Assembly: GCA_965603825.1 (NCBI GenBank)
Contig: CBFDEM010000040.1
Span: forward strand, 496,001 to 560,000
Length of the DNA: 64,000 nucleotides
Reading direction: 5' to 3'
Source of the DNA: Blepharisma stoltei ATCC 30299
Lineage: Eukaryota; Protista; Ciliophora
Part shown: piece by piece, positions 11,229-23,864 of the stretch
Position numbering within the stretch: position 1 is the first letter of the stretch
Layout: the number at the start of each line of letters is the position of its first letter
Made by a program: the position numbers and the translations under genes
Notes under the pieces: model-generated
What the model saw: only the letters and a program-made list of their open reading frames with translations
Databases searched by the model: none
What the model was told of the DNA's origin: nothing

Positions 11229-12362
11229 ATGTCGACAGAAAGAAAAGCTTGGACCCAGGATGTAAACTCTATACAGGAAGACGATGCAATACGAGCACTA
11301 GTAGAAGAATATGGGGTAAAGCATTGGACACAAATTTCACAATTACTATTAGAAAAATTTGGAATCAAAGGACGGTATGTTCTATTTAGGTCGGGCAAGC
11401 AGTGCCGAGAGCGCTGGCATAACCACATTGACCCACTGATCTCCAAAGATTCTTGGTCAAAAGAAGAAGAAAGCATTATTTTTCAATATCAAAAACTATA
11501 CGGAAATCGGTGGTCAGAGATAGCAAAACACCTGCCTGGGAGGTCAGATAATGCTATAAAAAACCATTTTTACAGCACAATTCGGAAAAATTTACGAAGA
11601 CACAACAGAAAAAAACCAGCAAGTGAAAGAATTTCAGGGCCCATAAAGCAGCTACTACAAGATCAAGACGTTCTTGATATAATCATGGCTTATTCGCAAC
11701 AAGACACAATTGCGAAAATTCCTCTAAAATCAGAGCCAACCATTTTAAGAAGATCTGAAAGATTAAGCAGCAGAAAAGATCTAAAACTTGAAGCAATGGA
11801 AACAGAAGAGAAAACAGAACCAAAACAAGAGCAATTAGCTGAAGATATCCCCGCATCTCAGCCCACTCCAAGAAGCATTATGAAAAAGAAGCCGCAGATT
11901 TCAATAGACTCTATGCAAGAAGAGATGCCTGAAATCCGGATTAATGTTTGCGAAAGACCCAGTGAGGAAAAATCGAAATATTCTTTGGGAAATTCGCCAT
12001 CAAAGATGGCTGAACTTATCGAGAGTGCTGATGCGACTACTCCTCAATGCATTATCACTCCTAGCAATTTTCTCAGAAGTCCTTTCCGTGGGCCAAAATT
12101 TTTCAATTTTGGTGACGAAGCAACGGCTGGCTTTAATTTTGATGGCTTTAATAGCCAAGATTTGACGGATACTTTTCAAAGAACAGATTCGTTGGCATAT
12201 GGATTGCTGAAATCTGACTCTTTGAACAGCTGGAAATCAGATTATTTAAAATATGATCCTTTTACACAAAATCCTTCGCCTCAGGCAAGATCGATTGTGT
12301 TACCACCTTTTTCACCGATGGACAAGTTCCAGCATTCAGTAAGTCCTCGAAGTGGTAATTAG
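11229..12362 (+). CDS. R2R3-type Myb transcription factor (introns 11262-11276 and 11375-11389)
   Basis: After splicing: [58 protein letters not shown]. Confidence 0.93.
   Translation: MSTERKAWTQDVNSIQEDDAIRALVEEYGVKHWTQISQLLLEKFGIKGRYVLFRSGKQCRERWHNHIDPLISKDSWSKEEESIIFQYQKLYGNRWSEIAKHLPGRSDNAIKNHFYSTIRKNLRRHNRKKPASERISGPIKQLLQDQDVLDIIMAYSQQDTIAKIPLKSEPTILRRSERLSSRKDLKLEAMETEEKTEPKQEQLAEDIPASQPTPRSIMKKKPQISIDSMQEEMPEIRINVCERPSEEKSKYSLGNSPSKMAELIESADATTPQCIITPSNFLRSPFRGPKFFNFGDEATAGFNFDGFNSQDLTDTFQRTDSLAYGLLKSDSLNSWKSDYLKYDPFTQNPSPQARSIVLPPFSPMDKFQHSVSPRSGN
11262..11276 (+). other. 15-nt intron
   Basis: gtaaactctatacag; removal restores the Myb WTxxED motif. Confidence 0.9.
11375..11389 (+). 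other. 15-nt intron
   Basis: gtatgttctatttag; removal restores the Myb [11 protein letters not shown] motif. Confidence 0.92.
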
Positions 12363-12481
12363 TGTAATTCACAAATAAATAATTTTTGGGTATTTAGATA
12401 AATAAGTATTAAAAAATAATAATATTAATTGCGGATTGCAGGTAGGGATAATGAGAAAACTTCTTTGAAGAAAACAACCTA

Positions 12482-12552
12482 GGTTCTATGGTGTAATGGT
12501 AGCACGTAGGACTCTGAATCCTGAAATCTGAGTTCAATTCTCAGTAGAACCA
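12482..12552 (+). tRNA. tRNA-Gln (CTG)
   Basis: Acceptor ggttcta/tagaacc, anticodon arm tagga-ctCTGaa-tcctg, T-loop gttcaat, followed by an oligo-T terminator. Confidence 0.95.
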
Positions 12553-12599
12553 TTTTTGGTTTAATTATTTTAATATTGAAAATATATAAAGGAATAATT

Positions 12600-14792
12600 T
12601 TAGCTATCCTTAATTCTTAAAACGTTTTTAATTGTCCCTATATCGATAGGGAATTTAACTAAATAAAAATTACAAACGCCATCAAACTTTTTGATAAAGC
12701 TATCTTCAATGTCCTCGCCTTCAATAATTCCATAAAATAAAATTTCTGTTTGTTCATTTGATGCTTTAATATCTTTTATTTGGAAAAGTTTTTCTCAATT
12801 TGCAGTTTGAAAATCAATAAAAATTGCATTATAAATTTGTCCTTTCTTTGCTTCCTTTTCATACAAATATAAGCCTAAAGCTGCACTATTTACAGATTTT
12901 ATATTTTTTGTGATCGATTTTTTCAAGATATTTTTGATAGATTTTTCTCTTTCTCTTGAGTTGCATAAAAGCAGAACTCTCCATTCTTTTATTTCACTTT
13001 TTAACGAAGAATATTTAGGAAGTTGGCTCTCTTTGTGGACCATCGCATAATCTTCAGATTCGTTTTCTGTAAATTCAGCATTAGCACTATTCTTATATTT
13101 TCAAATATATTCATTATCTGATTCTTGTAAACAGCACCCAGTGATTAGTTCTAGCTTGCTTGCTGCCTTTCTCTCTGACACAATTAAGGGTAAGTTAATG
13201 GCAATTGTGCATATTGATTCAGAAAATTTAGCGTCAGTATATCCTCTCATCAAGCAAACTAAAGAGTCAAACATAATTAATTCGCTTCCATATCTGTGCT
13301 GAATTGATATCATATCATTAAGAGTTTTTCTTTTTGAAGCTTGCTCTCTAATTTGAAATATGCGGTCAAGTTCATCTTGCGTGATTGATAATGATGGAAA
13401 TTGTAAGACATATTTTACAATAATTTCTGCATTAGAACTGGAAATCATTGATACTGAAATGAAAATGACTGAGTTTTCATTAGAATTTTTTATTGCAAAA
13501 TCCAATACTGCATAAAGGAGATAATTATGAAATTTTTTATCACCAATAATGCAATTTGGGATGTCTTTAGATGTGCTTAAAGAAAAAATTAAATCTCTTT
13601 TTGCAGCTTTCATAAAAATAGCCTCTATTGTATTTAAAATTTCTACCTGGAGATCAAAGTAATCTTTTTTAATTTCAATTTTACTTAAAAATTTGCATTG
13701 CATTAAGAAAAAAGTTCGCAATCTATGCTGAATTGAGTATATTTCTGTCAATAAATGTTGATTAATGTTTGTATGCATTCTATATGATTCAAATAATTTA
13801 TTTGTAAATCGTTCAATGGATTCCAATATGTTTTTATAGCAAATAGAAATAAAAGTGTCTTGAAACACGATATTAGAAATATTCATGAATACGATTTTAA
13901 GACATTTTTTCCCTTTGAATTCAATACGATCAAAAGTAAACCTTAAAGTTACAATATTATCACTTTCATAGTCCTTTTTCTTGATAATAATTTCCTCCAC
14001 CTTCTTATTTCAATTCAAGGCTTCCAAAGCTAGTTTTTTAACATGATTTCTATGATCGTCATCAAACATATCTTCAAATTTGTCTAGTCGATTTAGTTTG
14101 GCTCTTCCTATTAAATATGTGATGTCAGCAGCCTTATTATTATGATAGAGAATATGCATGTCTTCATCAACAACAAAAATCCCATTTGGAGTAAACATGA
14201 ACATATCATCGTGAAGCTCATAACTTTTCTTGTAGCTGTGATAAAGTACCCATAGAGTTCTTTTTTCTTTTTCAATAAAATAATTGAAAATAGAGTATGA
14301 AATTATTGTAAAAAGCGCGGTTTTAAACTGCATCGCATTTGTGAAGTAAAAAATTCCTGATTTTAATAGACTGAATATAAAGAAAAGGATCCATCTTTTG
14401 AACCCTAAAATATTTATAAGCAAGTCAGGGAAAAAGGCGCCGAGGCATTCAAGCAATGAGCCTGTTTCTATAGTTTCAAATTGAAAAATTGTACATAAAA
14501 TTTCACCATAAAGACTAATCGTCAAATAACGATCATATTTCATAAAATATAAAAATATTGATAATATAACAAAAATCGCAACCACATAAGAGTGAATATG
14601 TCATCCACATGCATACAAAGAACAATTTATTAAGATCAGCCATGCCAAGATGCTTTGAAATGAAACAGTGTGAATTGAGGCTAAATCTGTTGAAAAAGAA
14701 TTTTCTTGGGATTTTTCGAGAAATCCTAGAAAAGAATCTTGATAATAGCAAGGATCGTTGATAAAGAAATTAGTGCACACTTTCTTAGCCAT
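12600..14792 (-). CDS. Degenerate hybrid histidine-kinase-like protein (multi-TM + PAS + HATPase-like + receiver-like)
   Basis: Four ORF pieces joined in frame by TGA (14601, 14010, 13101, 12795); PAS PNGIFVVDEDMHILYHNNKA; IIGD...VLDFAIK; YNAIFIDF; probable intron 12659-12673. Confidence 0.75.
12659..12673 (-). other. 15-nt intron (probable)
   Basis: gtaatttttatttag; removal gives FDGVFKFP, like a receiver-domain C-terminus. Confidence 0.7.
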
Positions 14793-14919
14793 AATTTATA
14801 ATTATATCAAAAATGATAATTTGCCATTCCTGCACTATATATTAGCTACCTTTATTGATATATTAAATAATAAATGCACATAAAACAATTAATTTATTTA
14901 GTTTTTATATTTGCCAAAT

Positions 14920-15534
14920 TTAGCAGCATTTAGATTTTTTCGAAGGTTGTCTCTGATTATTCTCTACAACGGTTATTCTTTTTCTGCCTTTCAATGGGCT
15001 ATCTTTTTGAATTTTGCCTCTATCTTTCTCTAGCAAGGCTCGAGTAATTTCCATAAAGCATTCATTAACCCCGGATCCAGTTTTCGCACTTGTGCTGAAA
15101 TGAGTAACCCCAATGCTCTTCGCAAAGTCTATTGCGTTTTGCCTTGGAATTTCCCTTTCATTTTCTTTATCGCATTTATTTCCAACAAGTATAATTGCAA
15201 TATCTTTTCCGCCTTGGCTTTGCAATTCATTCACCCAAGTTTCAACTCTATCGAAAGTACTTTTTTCAGTTATATCATATACAATTATTGCTCCCTGGGC
15301 ATTTCTATAGTAATTTGACGCAATAGCTCTGTATCTTTCTTGCCCTGCTGTGTCTCAAATGCTAAGCTTCACCATCTCTCTACCAATTTGAACTTGTTTC
15401 TCAAAAAAATTTGCATTTATAGTCGCTTTTTCAGAATCATTAAACTGACCACGAGCGAATCGAAGAGTTAGTGAAGTTTTTCCAACTCTCCCATCACCTA
15501 GTGTTACTATTTTATATTCATGAAGCTGTTCCAT
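14920..15534 (-). CDS. RAB21: Rab GTPase, Rab21-like
   Basis: GDGRVGKTS, I-TGA-DTAGQE (TGA 15355-15357 = Trp), GNKCD, TSAK, C-terminal CC. Confidence 0.9.
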
Positions 15535-15599
15535 TACTAAATTGATACTTATTAAGATTTCAACTAATTTTTTCCTCATTTTGGTAGAAAAATTATAAT

Positions 15600-16178
15600 T
15601 TAAAATAGAACTTCACTAAACTTTGATACACTGTGAGGTCTGCTCATGAAATCATTAAAATATGAAATTGTACTTCATGTATGGCTTTGTTGTTTTGGGT
15701 TGAATTTTGTGATGGATTGGGATAGAAGTGATTTTGCGTTCCTCTTTTTCTTAGAAAGATCAATCTTTTCACGAGAAATAACAGGACTTACCCGCTGTAG
15801 CCTGCTGAGGATTTTCTATTTAGAAGTTACTTTGTTTTCTATTACTATTCTGTTGAGATTTCTATTTCGTAAGTCATAATTTAGGCTTCCATAAGAATTT
15901 GCTCGAGGAATGCAAACAGACCTGCTTAAGCGAGATGGCTTTGAGTCAATACTTTGCATACGATCTAAGAGGGCTTTATTTTCATTATCTATTTGGTTGC
16001 ATCTATCTAAAACTATTCGTTGCTTTTTAGAACCTTTTGAAGAGTTTATAGTGAGATTCGCTTTGGGTAGATTATCTATACAAGGCTTTACAAGTCTTAG
16101 CGCTTTTTTAAACCTAACCTTTTCTTTTTTCAGTAAAAGTTTTTCATAGACTGCATTGCAAGAAGTTAAATTCCACAT
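15600..16178 (-). CDS. CFAP97/Hemingway-family protein (intron 15816-15830)
   Basis: VKPCIDN, QIDNENKALLDRM, GSLNYDLR...IVIENK|KILSRLQ after splicing; one TGA near the C-terminus; TAA 15600-15602. Confidence 0.7.
15816..15830 (-). other. 15-nt intron
   Basis: gtaacttctaaatag; carries the in-frame TAG. Confidence 0.85.
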
Positions 16179-16291
16179 TATTTAGATATAAAATAACTCA
16201 AAACCTATTTCATAACTGATTTGCACTAACCATTTAATATTAAAAAAATTATATTAATAAATCTAAAGACTAATATTCTTTATTCGTATAC

Positions 16292-18271
16292 TTAAGTTTC
16301 AGCAATAATTTCATTTTCGTTGACTTCTGAAAAGCTTGAGTCACTCCCATATGATTTTTCAGAAGACATTTGGCTATTTGATGCTGATACAAATTTGCTG
16401 AAATAGCTATCATAATAAATTAGCCCTTTACTTGATTGATATTTAATGAGCTGCTTAAATAGCCAATTTTCTTCTATTGAAGTTTCAATTATATCTAATG
16501 CCCTTAACTGACTCATAATAAGTGAAATAGGCAGTAAGCCAATGCATCCTTTATCCATCTCTGAAAAATGATTGCCGATGAGTTTCAATTTATTTTTGAT
16601 TTTTCTCTTTAATTCATCTTTCTTGCCTTGATCTATTGAAATATCTAATGAATTCATGAGATTATCCAGGTTTTTGATTAAATCTTCTTTTGATATTATT
16701 TTTTGTTCATTAAGTAAAAACCCACAAATTTCTTTAAGGACTTCTTCGTCTCCTATTATTCGTTGCAAAGCTTGATATAACGATTGAAATCCATAATTAT
16801 TTTCAAAAAAATAGCCCTGCAGATCTACAGAATTGTCAATTATCATTTGAGTTCTTATACATTGCAATGCTTTTATTATTTTTTCGTTATCAAATTCGTC
16901 AATTTTTTCTTCATTATTTATTTTCAAACAATTTTTTAATTCATTGATTAGTACAGATTCCAATATTTGTGATGAATTTTCTCCTTTCTTTTTAATCAAT
17001 AGTTCGACTTCTTTTTTAATAATTGGGACTCTTTCAAACTTTAAAGCAGAAATTATATTGTCAAGAGATATTATGCCGTTAACTGATATTGATGATATTC
17101 ACGATTCCAAGCTGTAGTTTTTTAATTTTACTAACGCGAGGATTTTTTTTAATAACGAATTTATTAGAGGTTCTGAATTTTCGAATTTATCTTCGTCACT
17201 GGTGAGATCTTCATCAATGAAAAGATGACGACTTGGTGATGCTATAATTGGAGCTTGAAGTTCATTTTCAAATTTAGATTTTTCTGGATAAAGTGTTAAA
17301 TTCTCTATTTCTTTTTGTTTTGTCTTTAGCAAATCTATCAATTTTTGATTTTCTTTTGTAAGCTCATTTATCTTAGAATTCATTCCACTATTTTCTGCTT
17401 TTAAATTCTTGATTTCATCTTCAAGCTTAATTAACTTCTTAAGTGGGGAGCTTTGGAATTTCCTGTTTTGTTTGAAATCTATTTTTTCTTCTATTTTAGT
17501 CTTGATACTCAATTTATTTGAATTCTCCAACGCTTTTAGCTTAATTGAGCTTTCATTTGATTTTATTAATTGAGAATCTTCTAGTTTTTTATGTTTCAGA
17601 GCACTCTCCCTTTCAGTATCTTTTAATTTTTGTTCCAGCATATTTTTCTCATGGTTAATTTTCTCAAAATTTAAATTTTTTTTTGACAATTCAATTTTTT
17701 CTTTATTTACCGCATCATATAACCCTCTTATTCTTGTACATTCTTCTTTGAAAATTTTTAATTCTTCAGTCAATTCATTCATCTTAGTTGTTTTCATATT
17801 TTTCTTCAATTCGATAATTATTTTTTCTTTATTTTCTAATTCTTGTTTCATTTCACTTATACTTTGTTTTAAATTTTCAATTAAATGTGAGCTTGATTTG
17901 TCTCTATTGTGACTTATAAAAGAATTTTCATTGACCCGTTTATCTGCACTTCTTTGATTTTGAGCTAATCTTGTTTTTAAACGGAGATTTTCATCTGAAA
18001 GTGAATTTACAGCTTGCTTTAAGGACTGGTTTTCTTCATAAAGCTTTTCAATTTCTAAATTAATAGCTTTATTCTTGGTTTTTGACGTTCTAACTGATAA
18101 AGTAGTAGGTGTTATCAAACGTAGTTGGTTGTGACTAGCTAAGCGAGTAGGAAGAGAGTGAATGTCTGTAGACTTTGCGATTTCTTTGATAGAAAATTCT
18201 TTGGCAGAAGTGTATGGTCTTAAGTTTGGCTTAATGCTATCAATATATGCATGCCTATTTATAAGTTACAT
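16292..18271 (-). CDS. Long coiled-coil protein with degenerate EF-hand-like C-terminus; start codon split by an intron
   Basis: AT|intron 18255-18269|G CAT GCA... open frame, reads through TGA 17099-17101 to TAA 16292. Confidence 0.7.
18255..18269 (-). other. 15-nt intron inside the initiation codon
   Basis: gtaacttataaatag lies between AT and G. Confidence 0.72.
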
Positions 18272-18671
18272 TTGTGATGAGTTAATTTTATGCCATTTTA
18301 TAATATTTGGAATTATTTTATATATCAATGAGTTTTCATGATGTAAAATGTATGAAAACTAGGTAGTTTTAGTAGGGATTGTGATAAAATAAAAGAATAG
18401 AGACTCTGATTGCAAGTGCCTTTAATTTCATCAAAAATTAATTAAATTAAAAAATAATTGTTTATAAGCTTGCTTTAGTTATTTCTTTGAAATAATAGAG
18501 CAGTAAGGGCTATTGATCTTTGTAATTGCATCTGTTTTTTATTTTATAATTAAAAGCTTTAAATATATTCATAGATTCATAAATAAAACATTTTAAACTA
18601 TTTCCTTATTATTTTAATAATATTTCTGCACATAAAGCATCAAATTTCAGATTATCTCTTTACTTGGCCTT

Positions 18672-18762
18672 CTCTAGATTTTTCCATTTTTAATCTATAT
18701 ATCCCGATATCTGCCTTTAGCCCCTAATACTCCATATTTAAATTTTAAATTCCAGATTTTTC
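18672..18762 (+). promoter_or_regulatory. Two heat-shock-element-like sites upstream of HSP70
   Basis: ctc-ta-gat-tt-ttc (18672) and ttc-ca-gat-tt-ttc (18750), near matches to nTTCnnGAAnnTTCn. Confidence 0.3.
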
Positions 18763-18810
18763 TATAAACTATAAAAATCGATACCCTAAAAGTCTTTATA
18801 ATTAAATAAA

Positions 18811-20754
18811 ATGTCAAGCGAAGGACCATGTATTGGAATTGATCTTGGAACCACATACAGTTGCGTTGGTGTGTGGCAAAACGACCGTGTCGAGATCATA
18901 GCAAATGATCAAGGCAATCGGACAACACCCTCATACGTCGCATTCACTGAAAGCGAAAGACTGATCGGAGATGCAGCTAAAAATCAAGTCGCGAGAAACC
19001 CGGAAAACACAGTCTTTGACGCTAAAAGACTAATTGGAAGAAAATTCAACGAGCCTGTTGTACAAAGTGATATGCGACTTTGGCCTTTTAGAGTCATCTG
19101 TGGAGTTGATGAGCGTCCTCAGATTGTTGTGCAGTTCAAAGGCCAAGAAAAAAGATTCTACCCAGAAGAAATCTCTGCTATGGTGCTCACAAAAATGAAA
19201 GAAACCGCTGAAGCTTATCTTGGCAGATCAGTAAAAAATGCTGTTGTTACAGTCCCTGCTTATTTCAACGACTCTCAAAGACAAGCTACCAAAGATGCAG
19301 GAACTATTGCAGGACTTGAAGTAAAGCGTATTATCAACGAGCCAACTGCAGCTGCTATAGCATATGGACTTGATAAAAAAGGCCAAGGTGAGACAAATAT
19401 TCTTATATTTGACTTGGGTGGCGGGACATTTGATGTATCATTACTAACTATTGACGATGGGATTTTTGAAGTAAAAGCAACCTCAGGGAACACTCATTTG
19501 GGAGGAGAAGATTTCGACAATCGAATGGTCGAATTTTGCGCCAATGATTTTAAGAAAAAATCAGGAGTTGACATAAGATCAAATAATCGTGCTTTGAGAA
19601 GACTTAGAACTGCCTGTGAAAGAGCCAAAAGAACGCTTTCGTCAGCGACTCAAGCAAGCATTGAAATTGATTCTCTTGCAGATGGCACTGATTATTTTAC
19701 CACAATCACAAGAGCCAAATTTGAAGAGTTGAATATGGACTACTTCAGAGGATGTCTTGAGCCTGTTGAACGTGTTTTGAGAGACTCTGGGCTAGCTAAG
19801 AACCAAGTCCATGAAATTGTGCTTGTAGGTGGATCAACAAGAATTCCAAAAGTTCAGCAAATAATTCAAGAGTTTTTCAATGGGAAAGAACCATGCAGAA
19901 ATATAAACCCAGATGAAGCTGTCGCATATGGAGCTGCAGTGCAAGGAGCTATACTTTCAGGAGAATCCTCAAGCCAAGTCCAAAGCGTTGTGCTATTAGA
20001 TGTAACTCCTTTATCACTTGGAATTGAAACGGCAGGAGGAGTTATGACAGTATTAATTCCTAGAAATTCCACAATCCCAACTAAAAAGGCTCAAACTTTC
20101 ACCACTTATGCTGACAACCAGCCTGGCGTCTGCATCCAGGTATTTGAAGGTGAAAGATCAATGACCCGAGACAATCATCTCCTTGGAAAATTCAACTTAG
20201 AAGGAATCCCGCCAGCCCCCAGAGGAGTCCCACAAATTGAAGTGAGCTTTGATGTCGACGCAAACGGAATTCTAAATGTCTCAGCCCTCGACAAAGCCAC
20301 AGGAAAAGTCAATAAAATCACCATCACCAATGATAAAGGAAGGCTCAGCAAAAATGACATTGAAAGAATGGTAAGTGAAGCTGAAAGATACAAGAGAGAA
20401 GATGAAGAAGCCAAACAAAAAGCTGAAGCGAAAAATGGGCTTGAAAGCTACACTTATAACATGAGAAATACCCTCAATGATGAAAATCTGAAGGATAAAA
20501 TTGAAGCAGGGGACAGACAAATTATCGAGTCGAAAATTGATGAAGTTCAAAGATGGCTGGAGTCTCATCAGAATGTAGAAACTAAGGAGTATGAAGCAAA
20601 GCAAAAGGAATTGGAAAATGTTTGCAATCCAATTATGATGAAGATCTATCAAAAAGGAGGAATGCCAAACATGAATGGAATGAATAGCGCTCCTGGCGGA
20701 CAGAAGAATGAAGGAAGCCAAGGAAGAGGGCCAACTGTTGAAGAAGTGGATTAA
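18811..20754 (+). CDS. HSP70: Cytosolic heat shock protein 70
   Basis: [23 protein letters not shown]-terminal GPTVEEVD. Confidence 0.98.
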   Translation: MSSEGPCIGIDLGTTYSCVGVWQNDRVEIIANDQGNRTTPSYVAFTESERLIGDAAKNQVARNPENTVFDAKRLIGRKFNEPVVQSDMRLWPFRVICGVDERPQIVVQFKGQEKRFYPEEISAMVLTKMKETAEAYLGRSVKNAVVTVPAYFNDSQRQATKDAGTIAGLEVKRIINEPTAAAIAYGLDKKGQGETNILIFDLGGGTFDVSLLTIDDGIFEVKATSGNTHLGGEDFDNRMVEFCANDFKKKSGVDIRSNNRALRRLRTACERAKRTLSSATQASIEIDSLADGTDYFTTITRAKFEELNMDYFRGCLEPVERVLRDSGLAKNQVHEIVLVGGSTRIPKVQQIIQEFFNGKEPCRNINPDEAVAYGAAVQGAILSGESSSQVQSVVLLDVTPLSLGIETAGGVMTVLIPRNSTIPTKKAQTFTTYADNQPGVCIQVFEGERSMTRDNHLLGKFNLEGIPPAPRGVPQIEVSFDVDANGILNVSALDKATGKVNKITITNDKGRLSKNDIERMVSEAERYKREDEEAKQKAEAKNGLESYTYNMRNTLNDENLKDKIEAGDRQIIESKIDEVQRWLESHQNVETKEYEAKQKELENVCNPIMMKIYQKGGMPNMNGMNSAPGGQKNEGSQGRGPTVEEVD

Positions 20755-20967
20755 ATAATTAATTTGATTTAATAAACTGACTTTTACTAATTAACTGTTA
20801 AGAAGATTTGAAACGAATAATAATGAGTTAATATATATTAAAAATACACAGTAAAATTTAGCAAATATGCTAAAGCTTTATCTTTGTAATTTTATATTAC
20901 AAGAAATGCTCTTTTCAGGAAATTTAATAATTAGTACAAAAATTATAAATATATTCCAATAATTCAA

Positions 20968-22746
20968 ATGTCTAGAAAGGTCAATGACTACGTAATAGAT
21001 GACGTGATTCAAGGCATAAAAAACACTTTGCAAAAGCATTCATCAAGTTTTAAAGGAAATTCATCAAAAAATTCGCTAAATGCAACTCCAGAAAGAAGCA
21101 GGGATCTTAGTTTGAGAATAAGCAGCATTGAATCTTCACAAATGAAAAAACTTGACAACATAGACTTAGCATCATCACGGCATATCTCTCCAAATCGCGT
21201 CTATTCTGAGTCTATGCGACCTTTTAGATCTGAATCTACTTCTATAAATCCAATTATATCACCTGATAAAAGTGCATCAAGTGAAGTCTTCCAAAAATAT
21301 TTAAATTCAGGACCAAAAAGCCCGCTAGGAAGTGATTCTATTAGAGGTCTTTCTTCAAGGTTAGAATCAATTCCTTCCCCTCGTAATAAAAACCTTGAAA
21401 TCACTTTTAAAGAACAAAGCCAAGAGTTGGAAAACTTATTCCTCGCTAAAGAAAGATTGGAAACTGAGCTTCAGGAGTCTAAATTCCAGTTATCAGATTT
21501 AATGATTTCTAAAGATAACCAAATAAATGAGCTTCTTATAAAGCTGCAAGATGCATTAGGTATGAATGAAATGCTTAGAAAAGAAAAATTTTCGATTGAG
21601 CAAGAATTAAATAGCTTAAAAAATTGTTTCGAGGAAATCAGGGATGTTACTAGCTCGGCTAATGATCTTGAAAGAAGAATCAGTATCTTGCATAGTGAAA
21701 ACAGAGGCTTATCTAATGAAAATATGAGTTTTAAACAAAATTTGAAAATTCTAGAGACTGAGATGAATTATAAGGATACCAAAATAGCAGCATTAAATGA
21801 AGAAATTGCAGTACTTAAAAAGCTTAATGGAGACTTTGAAGACAAAGTTCTTGAGTTTAAAAGGGAGCAATTTTCTGCATTAAAAGAAAATGATGAGCTA
21901 AAAACTAAAATAAAAGAAAAAGACAGAATAATTGAAGATTTTCAGAAAGACAAAAAAGATCTGGAAGATAGGCTAAATAATATGAAAGAGCTATTAAGAG
22001 AGTCAGCAGAAGCTAGGTATTTAGGGAAAACCTATAATGCCCCTTTAAAAATGACAAATGAAGATGTTAAAGGCTGGTTTAGTGTGAAAGGAACTCCAAA
22101 AGGAAATTTCTCTGCAACAGATGATTTTAAGAACTCTTCACGCCCACGTTCATTGAGCAAATCAAGAAAACGATCATCATCTATCGGGGATATCACTAGC
22201 CCTAAGTCATATGGCTTTCACGGAAAACGTGATAAAAGTCCTTTGCATAAGCATTCCTCAAAATCATCTATTACATCTGCTACGAAATCAAAAATAATCA
22301 GAGACCTTCAAGATGTTGTAATGGAGCTTCAAGAACTTTTTTCAGTAAGCAATCCAAATAAAGTAGTTTCTGCAGCTTACGACTTGAAAAAAGTAAATGA
22401 ACAGTTACTGAATTTTATAGGAGAAGTTAGAGAAATTATATGTAGAGAACTTAATATTGAAAGCAAGCATATAGAAATGATGGAACTTTTAAAACTGACC
22501 CACAAAATTGTTGATGAAGTCCACGCTGGAAAGCACTGTCGTACTGTTTTAGATAAGCTAGTAGTTGCCCTTGATATTAAAAGTGTCGACGACTTGCCTA
22601 AAACAATTACAGATATTCTTAAAGAAACTGAAAACCTTTTATTAATTCTCAACAAAGTTAAAGCGATATTTAGACTAGGTAAAGTTTATTTAGATTACCG
22701 CATATCATTATCAGAATTAGAAACAGAAATCGATAAAAGACTTTAA
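20968..22746 (+). CDS. Coiled-coil protein of unknown function (probable intron 22679-22693)
   Basis: 592-codon ORF with a Ser-rich head and heptad repeats. Confidence 0.75.
   Translation: MSRKVNDYVIDDVIQGIKNTLQKHSSSFKGNSSKNSLNATPERSRDLSLRISSIESSQMKKLDNIDLASSRHISPNRVYSESMRPFRSESTSINPIISPDKSASSEVFQKYLNSGPKSPLGSDSIRGLSSRLESIPSPRNKNLEITFKEQSQELENLFLAKERLETELQESKFQLSDLMISKDNQINELLIKLQDALGMNEMLRKEKFSIEQELNSLKNCFEEIRDVTSSANDLERRISILHSENRGLSNENMSFKQNLKILETEMNYKDTKIAALNEEIAVLKKLNGDFEDKVLEFKREQFSALKENDELKTKIKEKDRIIEDFQKDKKDLEDRLNNMKELLRESAEARYLGKTYNAPLKMTNEDVKGWFSVKGTPKGNFSATDDFKNSSRPRSLSKSRKRSSSIGDITSPKSYGFHGKRDKSPLHKHSSKSSITSATKSKIIRDLQDVVMELQELFSVSNPNKVVSAAYDLKKVNEQLLNFIGEVREIICRELNIESKHIEMMELLKLTHKIVDEVHAGKHCRTVLDKLVVALDIKSVDDLPKTITDILKETENLLLILNKVKAIFRLGKVYLDYRISLSELETEIDKRL
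22679..22693 (+). other. 15-nt intron (probable)
   Basis: gtaaagtttatttag fits the consensus; it is in frame with no stop, so the sequence alone does not require it. Confidence 0.6.
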
Positions 22747-22755
22747 GCTGTTTAC

Positions 22756-23616
22756 TTAATTTTCTCGCTTAGTGTTCTGTTTTGATATCAATTCTTCAAG
22801 TTTTTTAATTTCTTCACTTTCTTTCTCAATTTTTTCTTTGACTTCATCATATTCTTTATCTAGATCTTCAAAGTTGCACTGCTTAAGCAATGATCTGTAC
22901 TCTTCAATCATCTTTTTAAGCCTATTTCCTTCTACTGTTTCTGTCTCAATTTCATCCAACTTCGTTTTTATTAGCCTTTCATATTCTTCTTCTGTATAAT
23001 TTTCATTTTCGTGCTCAATTTCTTTTTCACGTAGATTTTTCTTTTCCCCTTCTAATTCAACAATTCTTTTATTTAATTCCAAATTTTGAAGATTTAGGTC
23101 TTCAAGCTGCTTTTTCAACTCTTCTAATTCTGCTTCAGATTGTGTCAGTTTTTCTCTTTCTTCTAATTTTGCTGCGACTTTTCGCTCCCATTCTTCTCTG
23201 TTTGCTTTTTCATTTTCTTTTTCGATGATTAAATTTCTTAACTGTTCTTCAGCTGAGCTCATATCTCCTAGCACTCTTTTAACTTCTTCTTGAGCTGAAG
23301 TAGAGGAATGAATAGCTAAAACTTTTTGGAAGCATTTATTACAGATTCGCTTAGGTTCTTTATATTCTGGATGATGTATCTGCTGACTAGAGCACTTTGC
23401 ACATACTCCACGATAGCAAAATTTGCTGTATAGAATTTACCAAAAATGTTTTTTGGCATGAACAATACCAATTCTTCCAAACTGAGTTGCACAAACTGTG
23501 CAGAGCTTATCTTTTTTATAATGATCTCTATCTTCATGTTGAATTATTCCGTTTAAATCAACATCAATCGAAACAACCTGCTTGCTGCTATCTTGCCTCA
23601 CCAATTTAGCTTCCAT
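22756..23616 (-). CDS. FYVE-like zinc finger + coiled-coil protein (intron 23426-23440)
   Basis: After splicing: CTVCATQF...KKHFCKFCYRGVCAKCS...RICNKC, continuing into the 22756-23274 ORF. Confidence 0.85.
23426..23440 (-). other. 15-nt intron
   Basis: gtaaattctatacag; removal deletes a TAA and restores a zinc-ligand Cys. Confidence 0.9.
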
Positions 23617-23864
23617 ATAACTAATATAATTTACTACAAACAATTAAGAGAAAAGAAAATAAATAGTTGCAATCATAGGGAATATTAAAATAATTACTTT
23701 CCTAAAATAAATTAAATAGAAATTTAAAGAATTAACTTCATTTCTTATTCATTTAAATAATTTTATTTATCACAATAATAATCTTTGGCTTAAAATAACA
23801 ATTTAATTATTTTTTTAAACAAAAACAGATATGGCCATACTTGGAAATTTATAATAAAATTTGG

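Noticed and set aside
12482-12552. tRNA-Gln as a stop-suppressor tRNA
   Set aside because: The anticodon is CTG (ordinary Gln), not CTA, TTA or TCA, and TAA/TAG behave as stops here
23316-23609. ORFs 23316-23537 (-) and 23397-23609 (+)
   Set aside because: Off-frame or antisense to the spliced FYVE-like gene
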